This document shows positions 21,027 to 31,273 of a stretch of 64,000 bases of DNA, one piece after another. The translations under genes and the position numbers were made by a program. How positions within the stretch are numbered: position 1 is the stretch's first letter; each line of letters opens with the position of its first letter. This stretch comes from an uncultured Bacteroidota bacterium (GTDB taxonomy: Bacteria; Bacteroidota; Bacteroidia; Chitinophagales; Chitinophagaceae): positions 92,171 to 156,170 of the forward strand of contig CAWCNR010000003.1 in assembly GCA_963796995.1 (NCBI GenBank), in the 5' to 3' direction. The notes beneath the pieces were generated by a model. That model had not been told where the DNA came from and did not search any database. It was given only the letters and a program-made list of their open reading frames with translations.

Positions 21027-21216
21027 TCTACACGCATTTTTTGTTACACCCTTGAGGCGTTCCCGATCAGTCGGGACTCTTGTCGAACCTCTTCAGGCAA
21101 TTATTCCGGTAAATTTGAAAATACCGTTCCCATTTCAGGGGTCGCAAAGATAAAGGTTTCAAGCCAAGCTGCAAAAGATGAAAGAATTATTCGGGGTAAC
21201 CTTACCTTGCAAATCT

Positions 21217-22299
21217 ATGCTCAGGTTAACAAATATTTCACTTGTTCAGTTCAAGAATTATCAAAACTGGTCAGGCGCTTTCTCCGGAAGAATCGTGGGA
21301 ATTTCGGGTCGCAACGGAATCGGTAAAACCAACCTTCTCGATGCTATCCATTATCTGTGTTTTACCAAAAGCTATTTTACGAGGATCGATGGAAGTAATA
21401 TTATGCGCGGGCATGACGGATTCAGGCTTGAAGGCGATTTTGAAATTTGGGATCAGCCTGAGAAAGCGGTCTGCATTCTGAGAGAGACGGGAAAAAAAGA
21501 ATTTTGGATAAACGACCAACCTTATGAAAAATTTTCCCAACACATTGGCCACTATCCGTGCGTAATCATCGCACCGGACGATATACAGATTATAACCGGC
21601 ATCAGCGAAGAAAGAAGAAGATTTATCGACACCCTATTGTCACAACTAAATGCGGAATACCTGCAACAGCTTATTACCTATAACAGGATTCTACAACAAC
21701 GCAATGCGTTATTAAAATCTTTTTCAGAAACAGGAAATAAAGATCTTTCACTTTTATCGGTTCTCGATGAGCAATTATCGGTGCCCGGTGAAAAGATCTT
21801 CGAAAAGCGAAAAGAGTTTCTCGTTTCTTTTTTACCCCTTGCAAAAAATCTATACACCGAAATCGCCAACCAATTTGAAAATGTGACCTTATTCTATAAC
21901 AGTGAATTGATCAATGCCTCCTTTTCGGAATTATTAAAAGCAAACCAGGCAAAAGACATTCTGTTGACGAGAACTACCAGCGGCATTCATCGTGATGACC
22001 TGGAATTTAATTTGAATGAACAGGCGTTTAAAAATATTGCTTCTCAGGGGCAAAGGAAGAGTTTACTATTTGCTCTCAAACTCTCGGAGATGCACGTATT
22101 GAAAAAAGAAAAAGGTTTTGCCCCAATTTTGTTGCTGGATGATGTTTTTGAAAAGCTGGACGAACAAAGAATAGCAAACCTGCTCCAGCATGTTTGCCTT
22201 GCAAACGAAGGGCAGGTCTTTATTACCGACACAAACGAACAAAGATTAGAACAACAATTGAACACACTGACTTCCGACTACCAGGTAATTCATTTATAA
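21217..22299 (+). CDS. recF: DNA replication/repair protein RecF
   Basis: MLRLTNISLVQFKNY.., Walker A GRNGIGKTNLLDA, signature ..SQGQRKS.., Walker B LLLDDV. ORF 21178..22299 trimmed to the ATG at 21217. Confidence 0.9.
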   Translation: MLRLTNISLVQFKNYQNWSGAFSGRIVGISGRNGIGKTNLLDAIHYLCFTKSYFTRIDGSNIMRGHDGFRLEGDFEIWDQPEKAVCILRETGKKEFWINDQPYEKFSQHIGHYPCVIIAPDDIQIITGISEERRRFIDTLLSQLNAEYLQQLITYNRILQQRNALLKSFSETGNKDLSLLSVLDEQLSVPGEKIFEKRKEFLVSFLPLAKNLYTEIANQFENVTLFYNSELINASFSELLKANQAKDILLTRTTSGIHRDDLEFNLNEQAFKNIASQGQRKSLLFALKLSEMHVLKKEKGFAPILLLDDVFEKLDEQRIANLLQHVCLANEGQVFITDTNEQRLEQQLNTLTSDYQVIHL

Positions 22300-22351
22300 T
22301 CGAGATAACCTGCGTCGGAATTTCAATGATCTATTTTTTTAACTTTGGAGC

Positions 22352-22633
22352 ATGGCAGAATATTCATTAGGCGATGCAATAAAAAAATTTTTGAATGAAA
22401 GCCGGATCAAAGGTGGTATCCAGGCATTGCAAATTGAAGACGTTTGGGAACAAATCATGGGAAAGACGGTAGCAAGATATACAGACAAGATAAAAATCAT
22501 TGGCGACACTTTGTTTATTTCTACCCAGGTCGCACCCTTAAAACAAGAACTTGTTTTCCAAAAAGAAAAAATTATTCAACGTGTGAATGAAGCGCTCGGG
22601 CAAAAAGTGATCAGTAAGATAGTCGTGCAATAA
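22352..22633 (+). CDS. DUF721 domain protein
   Basis: 93 aa directly downstream of recF, the usual Bacteroidota arrangement. Confidence 0.65.
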   Translation: MAEYSLGDAIKKFLNESRIKGGIQALQIEDVWEQIMGKTVARYTDKIKIIGDTLFISTQVAPLKQELVFQKEKIIQRVNEALGQKVISKIVVQ

Positions 22634-23080
22634 TCAGGCAAGCATATAAAATTGATCTTCCACAGCATCAAAAACCTGCATCCGGTTTTCCACTACTTCA
22701 TAAATAATATCATCGGAGGAAACGACCCCTCTAAAATCAAATCCATCAAACACAGGAAGAAATCTGACATTATGTTGCCTCATTGTACGCATGCATTTTT
22801 CCACCGTGTCATCAATGGTAACAACAGGCAATCTTGTATTCATTATCTCGGATACAAAAGTTTTATCTAACAGCTTTCTCCCAAAAATGATCTTCGTTGC
22901 AATATCATGATCAGTGAGTATGCCCAAAAATCTTTCATCCTCGTCTACCACTATCAGGTGATCAATATTCTCCGAACGCATTTGCTGCAAGGCATCAGTA
23001 ATAAGTGAATTGGGAGAAACAGTATGCAAGTGCATTTCCTTGCGCTTAAGAATGGAGGTTATACGTTCCATGGTTTTCAA
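22634..23080 (-). CDS. CBS domain-containing protein
   Basis: Tandem CBS pair pattern (..DHLIVVDE..FLGILTDHDI.. / ..VRFLPVFD..GVVSSDDI..). Confidence 0.8.
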   Translation of the reverse strand: MKTMERITSILKRKEMHLHTVSPNSLITDALQQMRSENIDHLIVVDEDERFLGILTDHDIATKIIFGRKLLDKTFVSEIMNTRLPVVTIDDTVEKCMRTMRQHNVRFLPVFDGFDFRGVVSSDDIIYEVVENRMQVFDAVEDQFYMLA

Positions 23081-23223
23081 TATTGCGTCTTTGTCACAGG
23101 ACTTAGACAGATTAGTAATTTAAATATCTGCTTCTTCTCCAGTGGAACAGTTAGAGTAAAACTAATGGCGAATAACAATTTACAAAAATTAAACCACGAA
23201 AATGCTGATGTGAAAAAAAACAT

Positions 23224-24273
23224 TTAATGTACAGTGACCCGTGGATCAATGATGCCATACAGAATATCTGAAAGAATATTAATAACTATAAAAAAGGTGG
23301 CCGACAACAAGACTGAACCCATCACCACAGGAAAGTCCAGCTTCTCCAAAGCATCTACGGTCACTTTGCCAATTCCTTTCCAACCAAAAATATATTCAAC
23401 GAAAAAAGCTCCTCCCAGCAGCTCCGCAAACCAGCCTGTAACCGCTGTCACAACGGGGTTCAGAGCATTACGCAAAGCATGTTTCCAGACGACCACCCGT
23501 TTACTCAACCCCTTTGCATAAGCCGTTCGGATATAGTCCTGGTCAAGCACATCAAGCATAGCGCTTCGGGTTAGCTGGGTTATTATAGCAAGAGGGCGAA
23601 TACCCAAAGTGACGGCAGGCAATATCAAATTCCTTAATACGATATGCTTTTGACCGGTAACATCATCGATGTCAAACCAATTACCGGTAATATGAAGGCC
23701 CGTCCACGAAGTAAACATAAAGCCAAAAACGTAGGCGATAAGAATCCCTGTAAAAAATGAAGGAGCCGAAATACCCACCAGGCTGGCAAATACCGAAGAT
23801 GTATCAAGCCAGGTATTATGCTTTACTGCTGCCAGCACTCCGAGGGGAATACCAAGAATTACAGCAAGCAGCATTGCGGTAAAAGTTAAAAGCAGCGTTC
23901 CGGGGAGAGCTTCCATTAAAATTTGCCCAACTTTTCTTTTTGACTGATAGGAGCGACGGAGATAAGGAAGTTTCAGCCCAACTTTTGTATTACCCCCGAT
24001 AAAAATACCCGTAAGATTTTTCTTTTGTATCTCGTCGTGATTATTTATGGAAATGGGTGAAACATCATTAAGATATAAAACAAATTGTTTCCACTTCGGC
24101 TGATCAAGATAAAGTTCCTTTCGAATGTTTGCCTGTGTAGTGGAGTCCCCTGTTTGCCCCATTACCAATCGCGAAGGATCACCAAAACCCTGGAATAAAA
24201 AAAATACAACTATCACCACTCCTATTAATACGAGCAATCCATACAGAGTTTTTCGGATAATGTATTTAATCAT
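23224..24273 (-). CDS. ABC transporter permease (Dpp/Opp-type)
   Basis: 349 aa, 6 TM helices, EAA-like loop ..DYIRTAYAKGLSKRVVVWKHALRNAL... Confidence 0.8.
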   Translation of the reverse strand: MIKYIIRKTLYGLLVLIGVVIVVFFLFQGFGDPSRLVMGQTGDSTTQANIRKELYLDQPKWKQFVLYLNDVSPISINNHDEIQKKNLTGIFIGGNTKVGLKLPYLRRSYQSKRKVGQILMEALPGTLLLTFTAMLLAVILGIPLGVLAAVKHNTWLDTSSVFASLVGISAPSFFTGILIAYVFGFMFTSWTGLHITGNWFDIDDVTGQKHIVLRNLILPAVTLGIRPLAIITQLTRSAMLDVLDQDYIRTAYAKGLSKRVVVWKHALRNALNPVVTAVTGWFAELLGGAFFVEYIFGWKGIGKVTVDALEKLDFPVVMGSVLLSATFFIVINILSDILYGIIDPRVTVH

Positions 24274-24330
24274 AGAGATACCCTATTAAAAACAATGCCG
24301 CCAAACCAGGTTCGCTTTCTTATTTCTCCA

Positions 24331-25488
24331 TCACGGCAAAGACTGCATGGCTTTTTTAATTCTTTTATATGGCCATTTATTTACAACAGTTCCTTGTTTC
24401 AATAAATAAAGACAAGGATTGGTACGTGCGGCTGTTCGAATAACCGTAAAGTCACATTCAAAAATGGAAATATTAGGAAATGGAGTTCTTTGTAAAGCTA
24501 CTTCAGCATCATTAACTGAAGCAGTTACAATGTAAACCGGGATATTCTTCTGGTCGGCCGCTTTTTTTACTTCTTCAAAATCTTTTTCCCAGTTTTCAAC
24601 CGGAGTTGAAAAATCTTCACAGAACAATAAAAGACAATTAGGCTCAGACAAAATAGCTTCAGCAGAATCATTTCCGGCCGAGGTTAACAAAGCGAATCCT
24701 TTGATGGCCGGCTCGGCGTTTCCTTTGCGCACAAGTTTATCAACCCGGTCTTTAAAAGTGTACGTGTTTAGGTCGGAAGGAAGTTGAACAGGCGAAAACT
24801 CAAATTGCTTCCCACCTTTCTCATATATAAACCTGATTGCAAAGCTATCCGGCACTGAGCCGGGAGGCGGTTTCATTTTTTCCGGAATACTATTTCCTTT
24901 CTTGAATGGCAGGCAATCAACAAATGGTAAATAATTTAAAACATACCATTGGATGGCAAAACTCACTACAGTTGTACCGGCCATTATTCCAAAATTTGTT
25001 TTTGAAGAAAAAATGGGGCGTATGTATTTTTTATTTGCAAACAAAAAAATGATCAGCAAAGTCAGCACGATATCTTTCAAAAAAGAAGTCTTTGGTGTAA
25101 TTGGCAGGCAATCACCGAAGCATCCACAATTGGTAAATTTGCCTGAAGAGTAAGCATAACCGGTCAAAAAAGTAAAGAACAAGGTCAACAATAATAACAG
25201 CCAACTAAAGATTTTCATTCTCCATCCCAACAGCAGGGCCACGCCTGCAATGATCTCAAATGCTATCATGAATATCGAAAGCGACAGGGAATAGTCGTGA
25301 AGAAAGAGAAAAAAGTTGATCAATATATTTTTTAAAAAGAAAGAACCATGCTCCAGGCCCGAATTCCAAATCTCAAAAAACTCCTTCATTTTATAACTTA
25401 AGCCCAGCGGGTCATTGGCCTTTACAAGCCCTGAAAAAATAAAGAGCACACCTACGATAACCCTTACTATATTAAGAAGTAATTTCAT
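24331..25488 (-). CDS. DoxX-family membrane protein with C-terminal thioredoxin-like domain (BT_3928-like)
   Basis: N-terminal ..VGVLFIFSGLVKANDPLG.., four TM helices, a CGCFGDC motif, and a soluble C-terminal domain. Confidence 0.6.
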   Translation of the reverse strand: MKLLLNIVRVIVGVLFIFSGLVKANDPLGLSYKMKEFFEIWNSGLEHGSFFLKNILINFFLFLHDYSLSLSIFMIAFEIIAGVALLLGWRMKIFSWLLLLLTLFFTFLTGYAYSSGKFTNCGCFGDCLPITPKTSFLKDIVLTLLIIFLFANKKYIRPIFSSKTNFGIMAGTTVVSFAIQWYVLNYLPFVDCLPFKKGNSIPEKMKPPPGSVPDSFAIRFIYEKGGKQFEFSPVQLPSDLNTYTFKDRVDKLVRKGNAEPAIKGFALLTSAGNDSAEAILSEPNCLLLFCEDFSTPVENWEKDFEEVKKAADQKNIPVYIVTASVNDAEVALQRTPFPNISIFECDFTVIRTAARTNPCLYLLKQGTVVNKWPYKRIKKAMQSLP

Positions 25489-25561
25489 TTAAGAGTGGCT
25501 ATTGTTTACAAATAAAAACGCAACGGCTATCTTTAGATTCAAAAGTAACAACAAACATTTA

Positions 25562-26392
25562 ATGTTTACGCTAAACTGCAAAGGAAGGTTATTGGTGATT
25601 GACAAACCTATTGTGATGGGAATTATAAACGCCACCCCCGATTCATTTTATGAAGGCAGCAGGTTTACGCAAACAAACGAAATTTTACAACAGGTCGAAA
25701 AAATGATCAATGAGGGTGCTGATATAGTTGACATTGGAGGGCAAAGTACGAGGCCAGGCAGTGAGAAGATGTCCGAAGAACAAGAATTGAAAAGAGTGCT
25801 TAATGCAATTGAAACAATTCATCAGAAATTTCCGGATACAATTATCTCAGTGGATACTTATTATGCCAGTGTGGCAAAGAATTGTGTGGATGCGGGCGCA
25901 AGCATAGTAAATGATATAAGTGCCGGGGCGTTAGATAATAAAATGCTTGAAACAATTGCCATGCTTAAAGTGCCATACATAGCTATGCATATGAAGGGAA
26001 CGCCGCAAAACATGCAGCAGTTTGCGAAATATGATGACGTGACAAGCGAGGTACTCGATTTTTTTATTCAAAAAAAAGAAGAGTGCCGAACGGCAGGGAT
26101 TTTCGATCTTATCATTGACCCGGGATTTGGATTCGCAAAAACAACGCAGCATAATTTTGAAATAATAAAAAAACTTACGGTGTTTAAAATACTCGAACGC
26201 CCTGTAATGATTGGCGTTTCGCGAAAATCATCTGTTTATAAAACACTTGGCGTTTCTGCGGAAGAAGCCCTGAATGGAACAACCGTTCTGCACACCATCG
26301 CATTGATGAATGGGGCAAAAATTTTAAGAACACACGATGTAAAAGAAGCAAAGGAAACTATAAAGCTTTTTGAAATGGTCAATCGGAACTAG
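25562..26392 (+). CDS. folP: dihydropteroate synthase
   Basis: ..MGIINATPDSF..DIGGQSTRPG.. and ..LRTHDV... ORF 25502..26392 trimmed to the ATG at 25562. Confidence 0.9.
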   Translation: MFTLNCKGRLLVIDKPIVMGIINATPDSFYEGSRFTQTNEILQQVEKMINEGADIVDIGGQSTRPGSEKMSEEQELKRVLNAIETIHQKFPDTIISVDTYYASVAKNCVDAGASIVNDISAGALDNKMLETIAMLKVPYIAMHMKGTPQNMQQFAKYDDVTSEVLDFFIQKKEECRTAGIFDLIIDPGFGFAKTTQHNFEIIKKLTVFKILERPVMIGVSRKSSVYKTLGVSAEEALNGTTVLHTIALMNGAKILRTHDVKEAKETIKLFEMVNRN

Positions 26393-26685
26393 CAAATATC
26401 TATTCAAAAAGGTAAAGGCAAAATAAAAAGCAACCTCAACAGATTGCTCTCTATCATTACATCAAGTCGGATCTCATTTAATAAGCGCTCAATGTTCAAC
26501 CTCTATTTTCATAAAGTCAGATATATGGTGGAAATAATACAGGGATCTGGGCTCATTTCAAGAGGGCGGAAAAACTAATGGATGTTGGATTAAAAACGGA
26601 GCCGAACTAACGGTCAGTTAGTTCGTAAAAACGGGCCATTAAAATAATGGAAGACACAAAGTTCCGTAATTTATCGTTACAACAA

Positions 26686-27654
26686 TTATTTTTTTCGTTG
26701 AGTTGTATCAACTTTTGTTGACGGCATAGTTTTCATTTCAGATTTATCTTTTACATCAACCAACTCAACTTCAAAGATCAAATTTTCGTATGGCTTGCCT
26801 CCCTGGCTTAATGGATTAGGACCATAGCCCAGTACCGCAGGAATATAAAATTTTGCTTTCCCGCCTTTTTTTAATAAACGAATTCCCTCATCCAGGCCGG
26901 GAATTACCTGTCCTCCTCCTACAAGAAACTGATAGGCTCCTGCATGATGAAAAGAGCTGTCCATGTTTGTATCAAAAACCTCCCCATCAAAAGTGCTTCC
27001 TCTATATTTCATTGCCGCTAATTTTCCTGAGTCAGCCTGGGGACCTGAACCGGGATTAAGAATTTCAACATAAACCCCGTTATTAGCCTTCTGGGCATTT
27101 ATTTTATGTGCCGCTATATAATCGCCTATTGCCTTTTCTTCTTTTACTTTTTCACCGGCATTTTCCTTTTCCTGCCTTGCTTGTTCTACTACCATTTCCT
27201 TTTGTTTGTCAGCATTCAAAAGGCTATCAGAAGTAAATAGATCAGTAACCCTGAAACTAACCGTTATCCTGTCTCCCCTTTTCATGAACGGGGGAATGGT
27301 AGGCATTTGTCCTTTCATTATTAGAGAATCAACCAGCATGACAGCTACTGCACTATCTCCTTTATGTAGCATGACAAACAATTCCGAAGGAGTGTATTCA
27401 TCACCTTTCAAAGCCTGGACAGTAGGATAAGCAGGGAATTTACCAAAGTTAGTTTGCAGAACAGAGTCATTTAATTTTTGAGTAAAGTATAATTTCAAAG
27501 TATTACCGGCTTTTGCTGTTGGGCCTTTCGAATCTTTTGTAGAGATTATCTTATATAGCAAGCCGCTTTTTGTTTTTTTATAATCCAATTGACCACATCC
27601 GGCAACAAGGAGTGAAATCGCCAATAAGGATAGTAACCAGGTTTTGTACTTCAT
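26686..27654 (-). CDS. FKBP-type peptidyl-prolyl cis-trans isomerase lipoprotein
   Basis: Lipobox LVAGC. C-terminal FKBP domain ..GTFDGEVFD..GGGQVIPGLDEG..IPAVLGYG... Confidence 0.85.
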   Translation of the reverse strand: MKYKTWLLSLLAISLLVAGCGQLDYKKTKSGLLYKIISTKDSKGPTAKAGNTLKLYFTQKLNDSVLQTNFGKFPAYPTVQALKGDEYTPSELFVMLHKGDSAVAVMLVDSLIMKGQMPTIPPFMKRGDRITVSFRVTDLFTSDSLLNADKQKEMVVEQARQEKENAGEKVKEEKAIGDYIAAHKINAQKANNGVYVEILNPGSGPQADSGKLAAMKYRGSTFDGEVFDTNMDSSFHHAGAYQFLVGGGQVIPGLDEGIRLLKKGGKAKFYIPAVLGYGPNPLSQGGKPYENLIFEVELVDVKDKSEMKTMPSTKVDTTQRKK

Positions 27655-27665
27655 TTAATTAATAT

Positions 27666-28673
27666 TTATTGTAATAAAGATTCGTTTTCTCTCATGGCTT
27701 GTTTGAACTTCTTTATGGTTTCTGCAAGCGAATCACTGCTGCGGCCGCCTGCTGCGTTGAAATGACCGCCGCCTTCAAAATATTTCCTGGCAAATTTGTT
27801 ACAATCAAAATCACCTTTGCTCCGGAAACTCCATTTTCTTTCTTCGTCCCTGTCAATTACCAATGCTACCAATTTCATTCCCTGTATTGTCATGGGATAA
27901 TTGACAAGGCCTTCGGTATCGCCTGTCTTAATATTATATTTCAGAAGATCAGATTTGGGGATCGCAATTAATGCAGTATTGTATTCGTAAAAAATTTCCA
28001 TCCTGTTCAGGAGAACATTGCCTGTAAAGCGAAGGCGATTCTCCAGGAAATTATCATATAAAGCCTCATGAACAGGTGTATGAAGCAGCCCTTTGTCTTT
28101 TAGATCGGCCACTAACCTGTGCACATTAGCAGAAACGCTTGGAAACCGGAAAGAACCCGTATCAGCCACCACTCCGGCATAGATACATTCTGCAACCTCA
28201 GTGTTTATCTTGTCTTCATAACCCGAAGCGAGAATAAAATCGTAGAGTAGTTCGCAGGTCGAGCTCCGTGTGGCATCACTAATCCCGTAATCAAAGCTTT
28301 CTTCATCGGGTTCTATGTGATGGTCGATCATTATTTTTGTACAATTGAGGGCTGCCAGTTTTGATGCCATGTTTTTAGTACGCCCGAAATTATTAAAGTC
28401 AAGACAAAACAGCCAGTCGGCTTTATCGAGTTCAGCATTGGCCTTTTGCTTTTGCAACTCAAAGTCTAAAACCTTTTTGGCGCCGGGCATCCAGTTTACC
28501 CAGCCTGCCCAGTTGGTAGGCGATATTACAGTAACCTGGTGACCAAATTGGATAAGAAAATGATAAAGGGCGAGAGAAGAACCCATTGCGTCAGCATCCG
28601 GTTTCTGATGAGTGGTTATCACCACATTTACCGGTTTATCAAGCAAAGGAAATATTTCATTAACCGTCTTCAT
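27666..28673 (-). CDS. DHH/DHHA1 phosphoesterase (NrnA-like oligoribonuclease/pAp phosphatase)
   Basis: ..THQKPDADAMGS.., ..DHH.., C-terminal ..GGGHFNAAG... ORF 27666..28784 trimmed to the ATG at 28673. Confidence 0.8.
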   Translation of the reverse strand: MKTVNEIFPLLDKPVNVVITTHQKPDADAMGSSLALYHFLIQFGHQVTVISPTNWAGWVNWMPGAKKVLDFELQKQKANAELDKADWLFCLDFNNFGRTKNMASKLAALNCTKIMIDHHIEPDEESFDYGISDATRSSTCELLYDFILASGYEDKINTEVAECIYAGVVADTGSFRFPSVSANVHRLVADLKDKGLLHTPVHEALYDNFLENRLRFTGNVLLNRMEIFYEYNTALIAIPKSDLLKYNIKTGDTEGLVNYPMTIQGMKLVALVIDRDEERKWSFRSKGDFDCNKFARKYFEGGGHFNAAGGRSSDSLAETIKKFKQAMRENESLLQ

Positions 28674-28938
28674 TAAAGGCAGCGAAGATAAGATTTGTAG
28701 GGTATAGTTGTCGGGTGATTTTTCAGACACCGTTAACCGTTTCCGAAATAAGATTTTAGTCAGGAACTTTATTCCCGGCATCATTATCCGTAAAATAAAT
28801 TGAAGGAAAAAACGACTTCAATTCTATTTTTGGAAATTTAGTTGTCATAGCAATGAGCAACTTCATTTAAAAAATTGACTACTCTCATATTTAATTACTA
28901 ATCAAAAAAAGAACTTAGGTTCTGTAAAGGAGGTTTTT

Positions 28939-29181
28939 ATGGGAAGAAGAACAGAATCTTTCAGCATTAATGGCGAGCAATTGCTGAAAAAAATAAAAGA
29001 ACTGATCGCCGAGGGCAATGTGAGAAAGATAACAATTAAAGATAAACACGGAAAAGAATTAATGACTTTTCCGCTGACAGTCGGTGTCGTTGGAGCGGTC
29101 CTTGCGCCGATACTTGCAGCAGTGGGAGCATTAGCCGCATTGGTCGGCGAATGTACTATCGCTGTAGAAAGAGAAGAATAA
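28939..29181 (+). CDS. DUF4342 domain protein
   Basis: 80 aa with ..IAEGNVRKITIKDKHGKELMTFPLTVGVVGAVLAP... Confidence 0.6.
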   Translation: MGRRTESFSINGEQLLKKIKELIAEGNVRKITIKDKHGKELMTFPLTVGVVGAVLAPILAAVGALAALVGECTIAVEREE

Positions 29182-29198
29182 AAACAAAAAGGAATGTT

Positions 29199-29513
29199 AT
29201 GAATCCGATGGAAATTTTTCAACAGGAAGCGCCGGAAGTGGCAAAAGCTTTTGATGGCCTTATTCAATCACTTGTTGATTCAAAAGGACTCGACGAAAAA
29301 ACCAAACAGCTTATCTATATCTCAATGAAGGCTGCACAGGGTGAAGAAACTGCCGTAAAATTTCATGTAGCTATGGCCGTAAAATTGGGCGCTACAAAGC
29401 GTGAAGTGGTTGATGCTATTTTAATGACTCTTACTGTTTCCGGCATCAGGGGAGTGGCAACCTGCTTGCCCGGAGCAATAAAACAATTTGAAGAACAGTT
29501 TTCAAAGAATTAG
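29199..29513 (+). CDS. carboxymuconolactone decarboxylase (AhpD-like) family protein
   Basis: ORF 29151..29513 trimmed to MNPMEIFQQEAPEV... ~105 aa all-helical CMD pattern. Confidence 0.65.
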   Translation: MNPMEIFQQEAPEVAKAFDGLIQSLVDSKGLDEKTKQLIYISMKAAQGEETAVKFHVAMAVKLGATKREVVDAILMTLTVSGIRGVATCLPGAIKQFEEQFSKN

Positions 29514-29754
29514 CTACCAGGTTTTGCTGCCTGCAAAAGAAAATTCAGTATAAGTAAAACTGCAGTAAAGCGATAAAGCGGGGCGTATTGATACGATTCG
29601 TTGATCGCTGATTTTCTTTAGAACCGTGGATATTTTCACAGCGCCTTTTAATACAAACAATCAAATAATTTTTTTTCATTAGTTGTTCACAGTAGGTGAA
29701 AACAATTATAACATTTAACGACATAACTTCTGTACATTTACTCAAAATAGTTTC

Positions 29755-30090
29755 ATGAACATTTTTGTAGCAGGTCTGCCCTACGACCTCGACGATGCCG
29801 AACTCGAAGAGATATTTGAGAAATTCGGCAAAGTGAATTCGGCTAAAGTAGCCATGGACAGAGAAACAGGAAAAAGCAGGGGTTTCGGTTTTGTAGAAAT
29901 GCCCGTTGAATCAGAAGCAAAAGAAGCTATTGAAGGTCTTAATAATATTTCTCTCGGTAAAAAGCCTCTTGTGGTAAAAGCTGCTGAAGATCGCCAGGGA
30001 AGTAGCAGCGGGGGTGGAAGTGGTTTTCATGGAGGGAGCAGGGGCGGAGGTGGTTATAATAAATTTAATGACAATCGCCGTCGTTACTAA
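29755..30090 (+). CDS. RRM-type RNA-binding protein with Gly-rich tail
   Basis: RNP2 NIFVAGL and RNP1 RGFGFVEM. C-terminal GGGSGFHGGSRGGGG. Confidence 0.85.
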   Translation: MNIFVAGLPYDLDDAELEEIFEKFGKVNSAKVAMDRETGKSRGFGFVEMPVESEAKEAIEGLNNISLGKKPLVVKAAEDRQGSSSGGGSGFHGGSRGGGGYNKFNDNRRRY

Positions 30091-30639
30091 TCAGAATTCT
30101 ATTTCTCCTAACTTTTTCAGTCCATACATAATGCAGGTTACATGCATTGCCTGCACGATTTTATTTTCTTTAAGTAAATTTTTTAGTTCTTCAATGCTGA
30201 ATAGTTGAACTTCTATTTCTTCATTATGATCTAATTCCTGTTCCTTAGTTTTTTCTCCGCCTGTTGCCAAAAACATATGCATCCAATTGCTGTTAGTAGA
30301 AGGATTGGGAGAAATTTTTCCGAGATATTCAAATTTTGTAAAAGTATAACCGGTCTCCTCCGTAAGTTCTCTTGCAATTGCTTCTTCTAAATTTTTATCT
30401 GTATCATCTACACACCCGCCGGGAATTTCCAGGCAGTCATCGTCAATTGCATGACGATATTGACGCTCCATCACCACCTTTCCGTCTTTGGTTAATGCAA
30501 GAGCGGTAACCCACGTAGGAAATTCATATACATAATAGGGATCAACGATCTTTCCTTCCGGAGTTTCACATCTGTCTTTTCGAACAGTAAACCATGTGTC
30601 TCTAAAAAGATATTCAGAAGAAAGAATTTTCCATTTCAT
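30091..30639 (-). CDS. NUDIX hydrolase
   Basis: Nudix box ..GGCVDD..LEEAIARELTEETG... Confidence 0.8.
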   Translation of the reverse strand: MKWKILSSEYLFRDTWFTVRKDRCETPEGKIVDPYYVYEFPTWVTALALTKDGKVVMERQYRHAIDDDCLEIPGGCVDDTDKNLEEAIARELTEETGYTFTKFEYLGKISPNPSTNSNWMHMFLATGGEKTKEQELDHNEEIEVQLFSIEELKNLLKENKIVQAMHVTCIMYGLKKLGEIEF

Positions 30640-30704
30640 ATTACTGGTTGCTGGTTATTGGTCGCTTGTAACTGGTAACCAGAAACAAGGAACCAGAAAC
30701 TTTT

Positions 30705-31244
30705 TTACCAACCCATTCGCTCTCTTAGAGAAATGATATGCGCCACATGATGTCTTCCATGCCATGCATAACTGCCGAGCAATGTCCATAATCTAATTGT
30801 CTTTTTCTGTTCCGGATGAAAAATAGTTCGGTTGTTCCATTCATCATCGGTTACATACTTCAATGCCTCGTACCAGCGCAGATGTAATGCATGCAATAAA
30901 GTAAGAGATATATTGATGGGAAGTTTTTGCACGTCATTCATTTCAGCCCAAAGTTTTTGATCATAGGGTTTAATAACAGGGTTATCTTCTGTAAGTGCGA
31001 GTTTGAAACGGCAATAAGCATTCATATGACTGTCTGCCACATGATGCACCAGTTGATGCACTGTCCATCCTCCTTCACGATAAGGAGTGTGTAACTGATC
31101 TTCATTCAAATTCAGTACAGCATTCTCCAAAGAATGCGGAAGAAATTTAAGATCAGCCAGCCATTCTACTTTTTTTTCAATAGAAAATGGTTGTGGCTCA
31201 TATTCTCCAATGGGAAATCGTGGGTCAATAGCCGTTGTATGCAT
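30705..31244 (-). CDS. DinB/YfiT family metal-dependent hydrolase (bacillithiol-transferase-like)
   Basis: 179 aa four-helix DinB pattern with a His triad (..HHVADSH.., ..WHGRHHVAHI..). Confidence 0.7.
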   Translation of the reverse strand: MHTTAIDPRFPIGEYEPQPFSIEKKVEWLADLKFLPHSLENAVLNLNEDQLHTPYREGGWTVHQLVHHVADSHMNAYCRFKLALTEDNPVIKPYDQKLWAEMNDVQKLPINISLTLLHALHLRWYEALKYVTDDEWNNRTIFHPEQKKTIRLWTLLGSYAWHGRHHVAHIISLRERMGW

Positions 31245-31273
31245 AAATTGAAATTGATAAATTCCGGCAAGGA

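Noticed and set aside
21030-21176. Possible r-protein (L20/L35) autoregulatory leader upstream of rpmI
   Set aside because: I could not identify a convincing conserved structure by eye, and the known L20 leader models come from other phyla. Left unannotated.
20934-21326. 130 aa plus-strand ORF spanning rpmI and the recF start
   Set aside because: It overlaps the canonical L35 gene in antisense and the recF 5' region, with no family signal.
28902-29267. 121 aa minus-strand ORF
   Set aside because: Antisense to the DUF4342 and CMD-family genes, which have recognisable family signatures.
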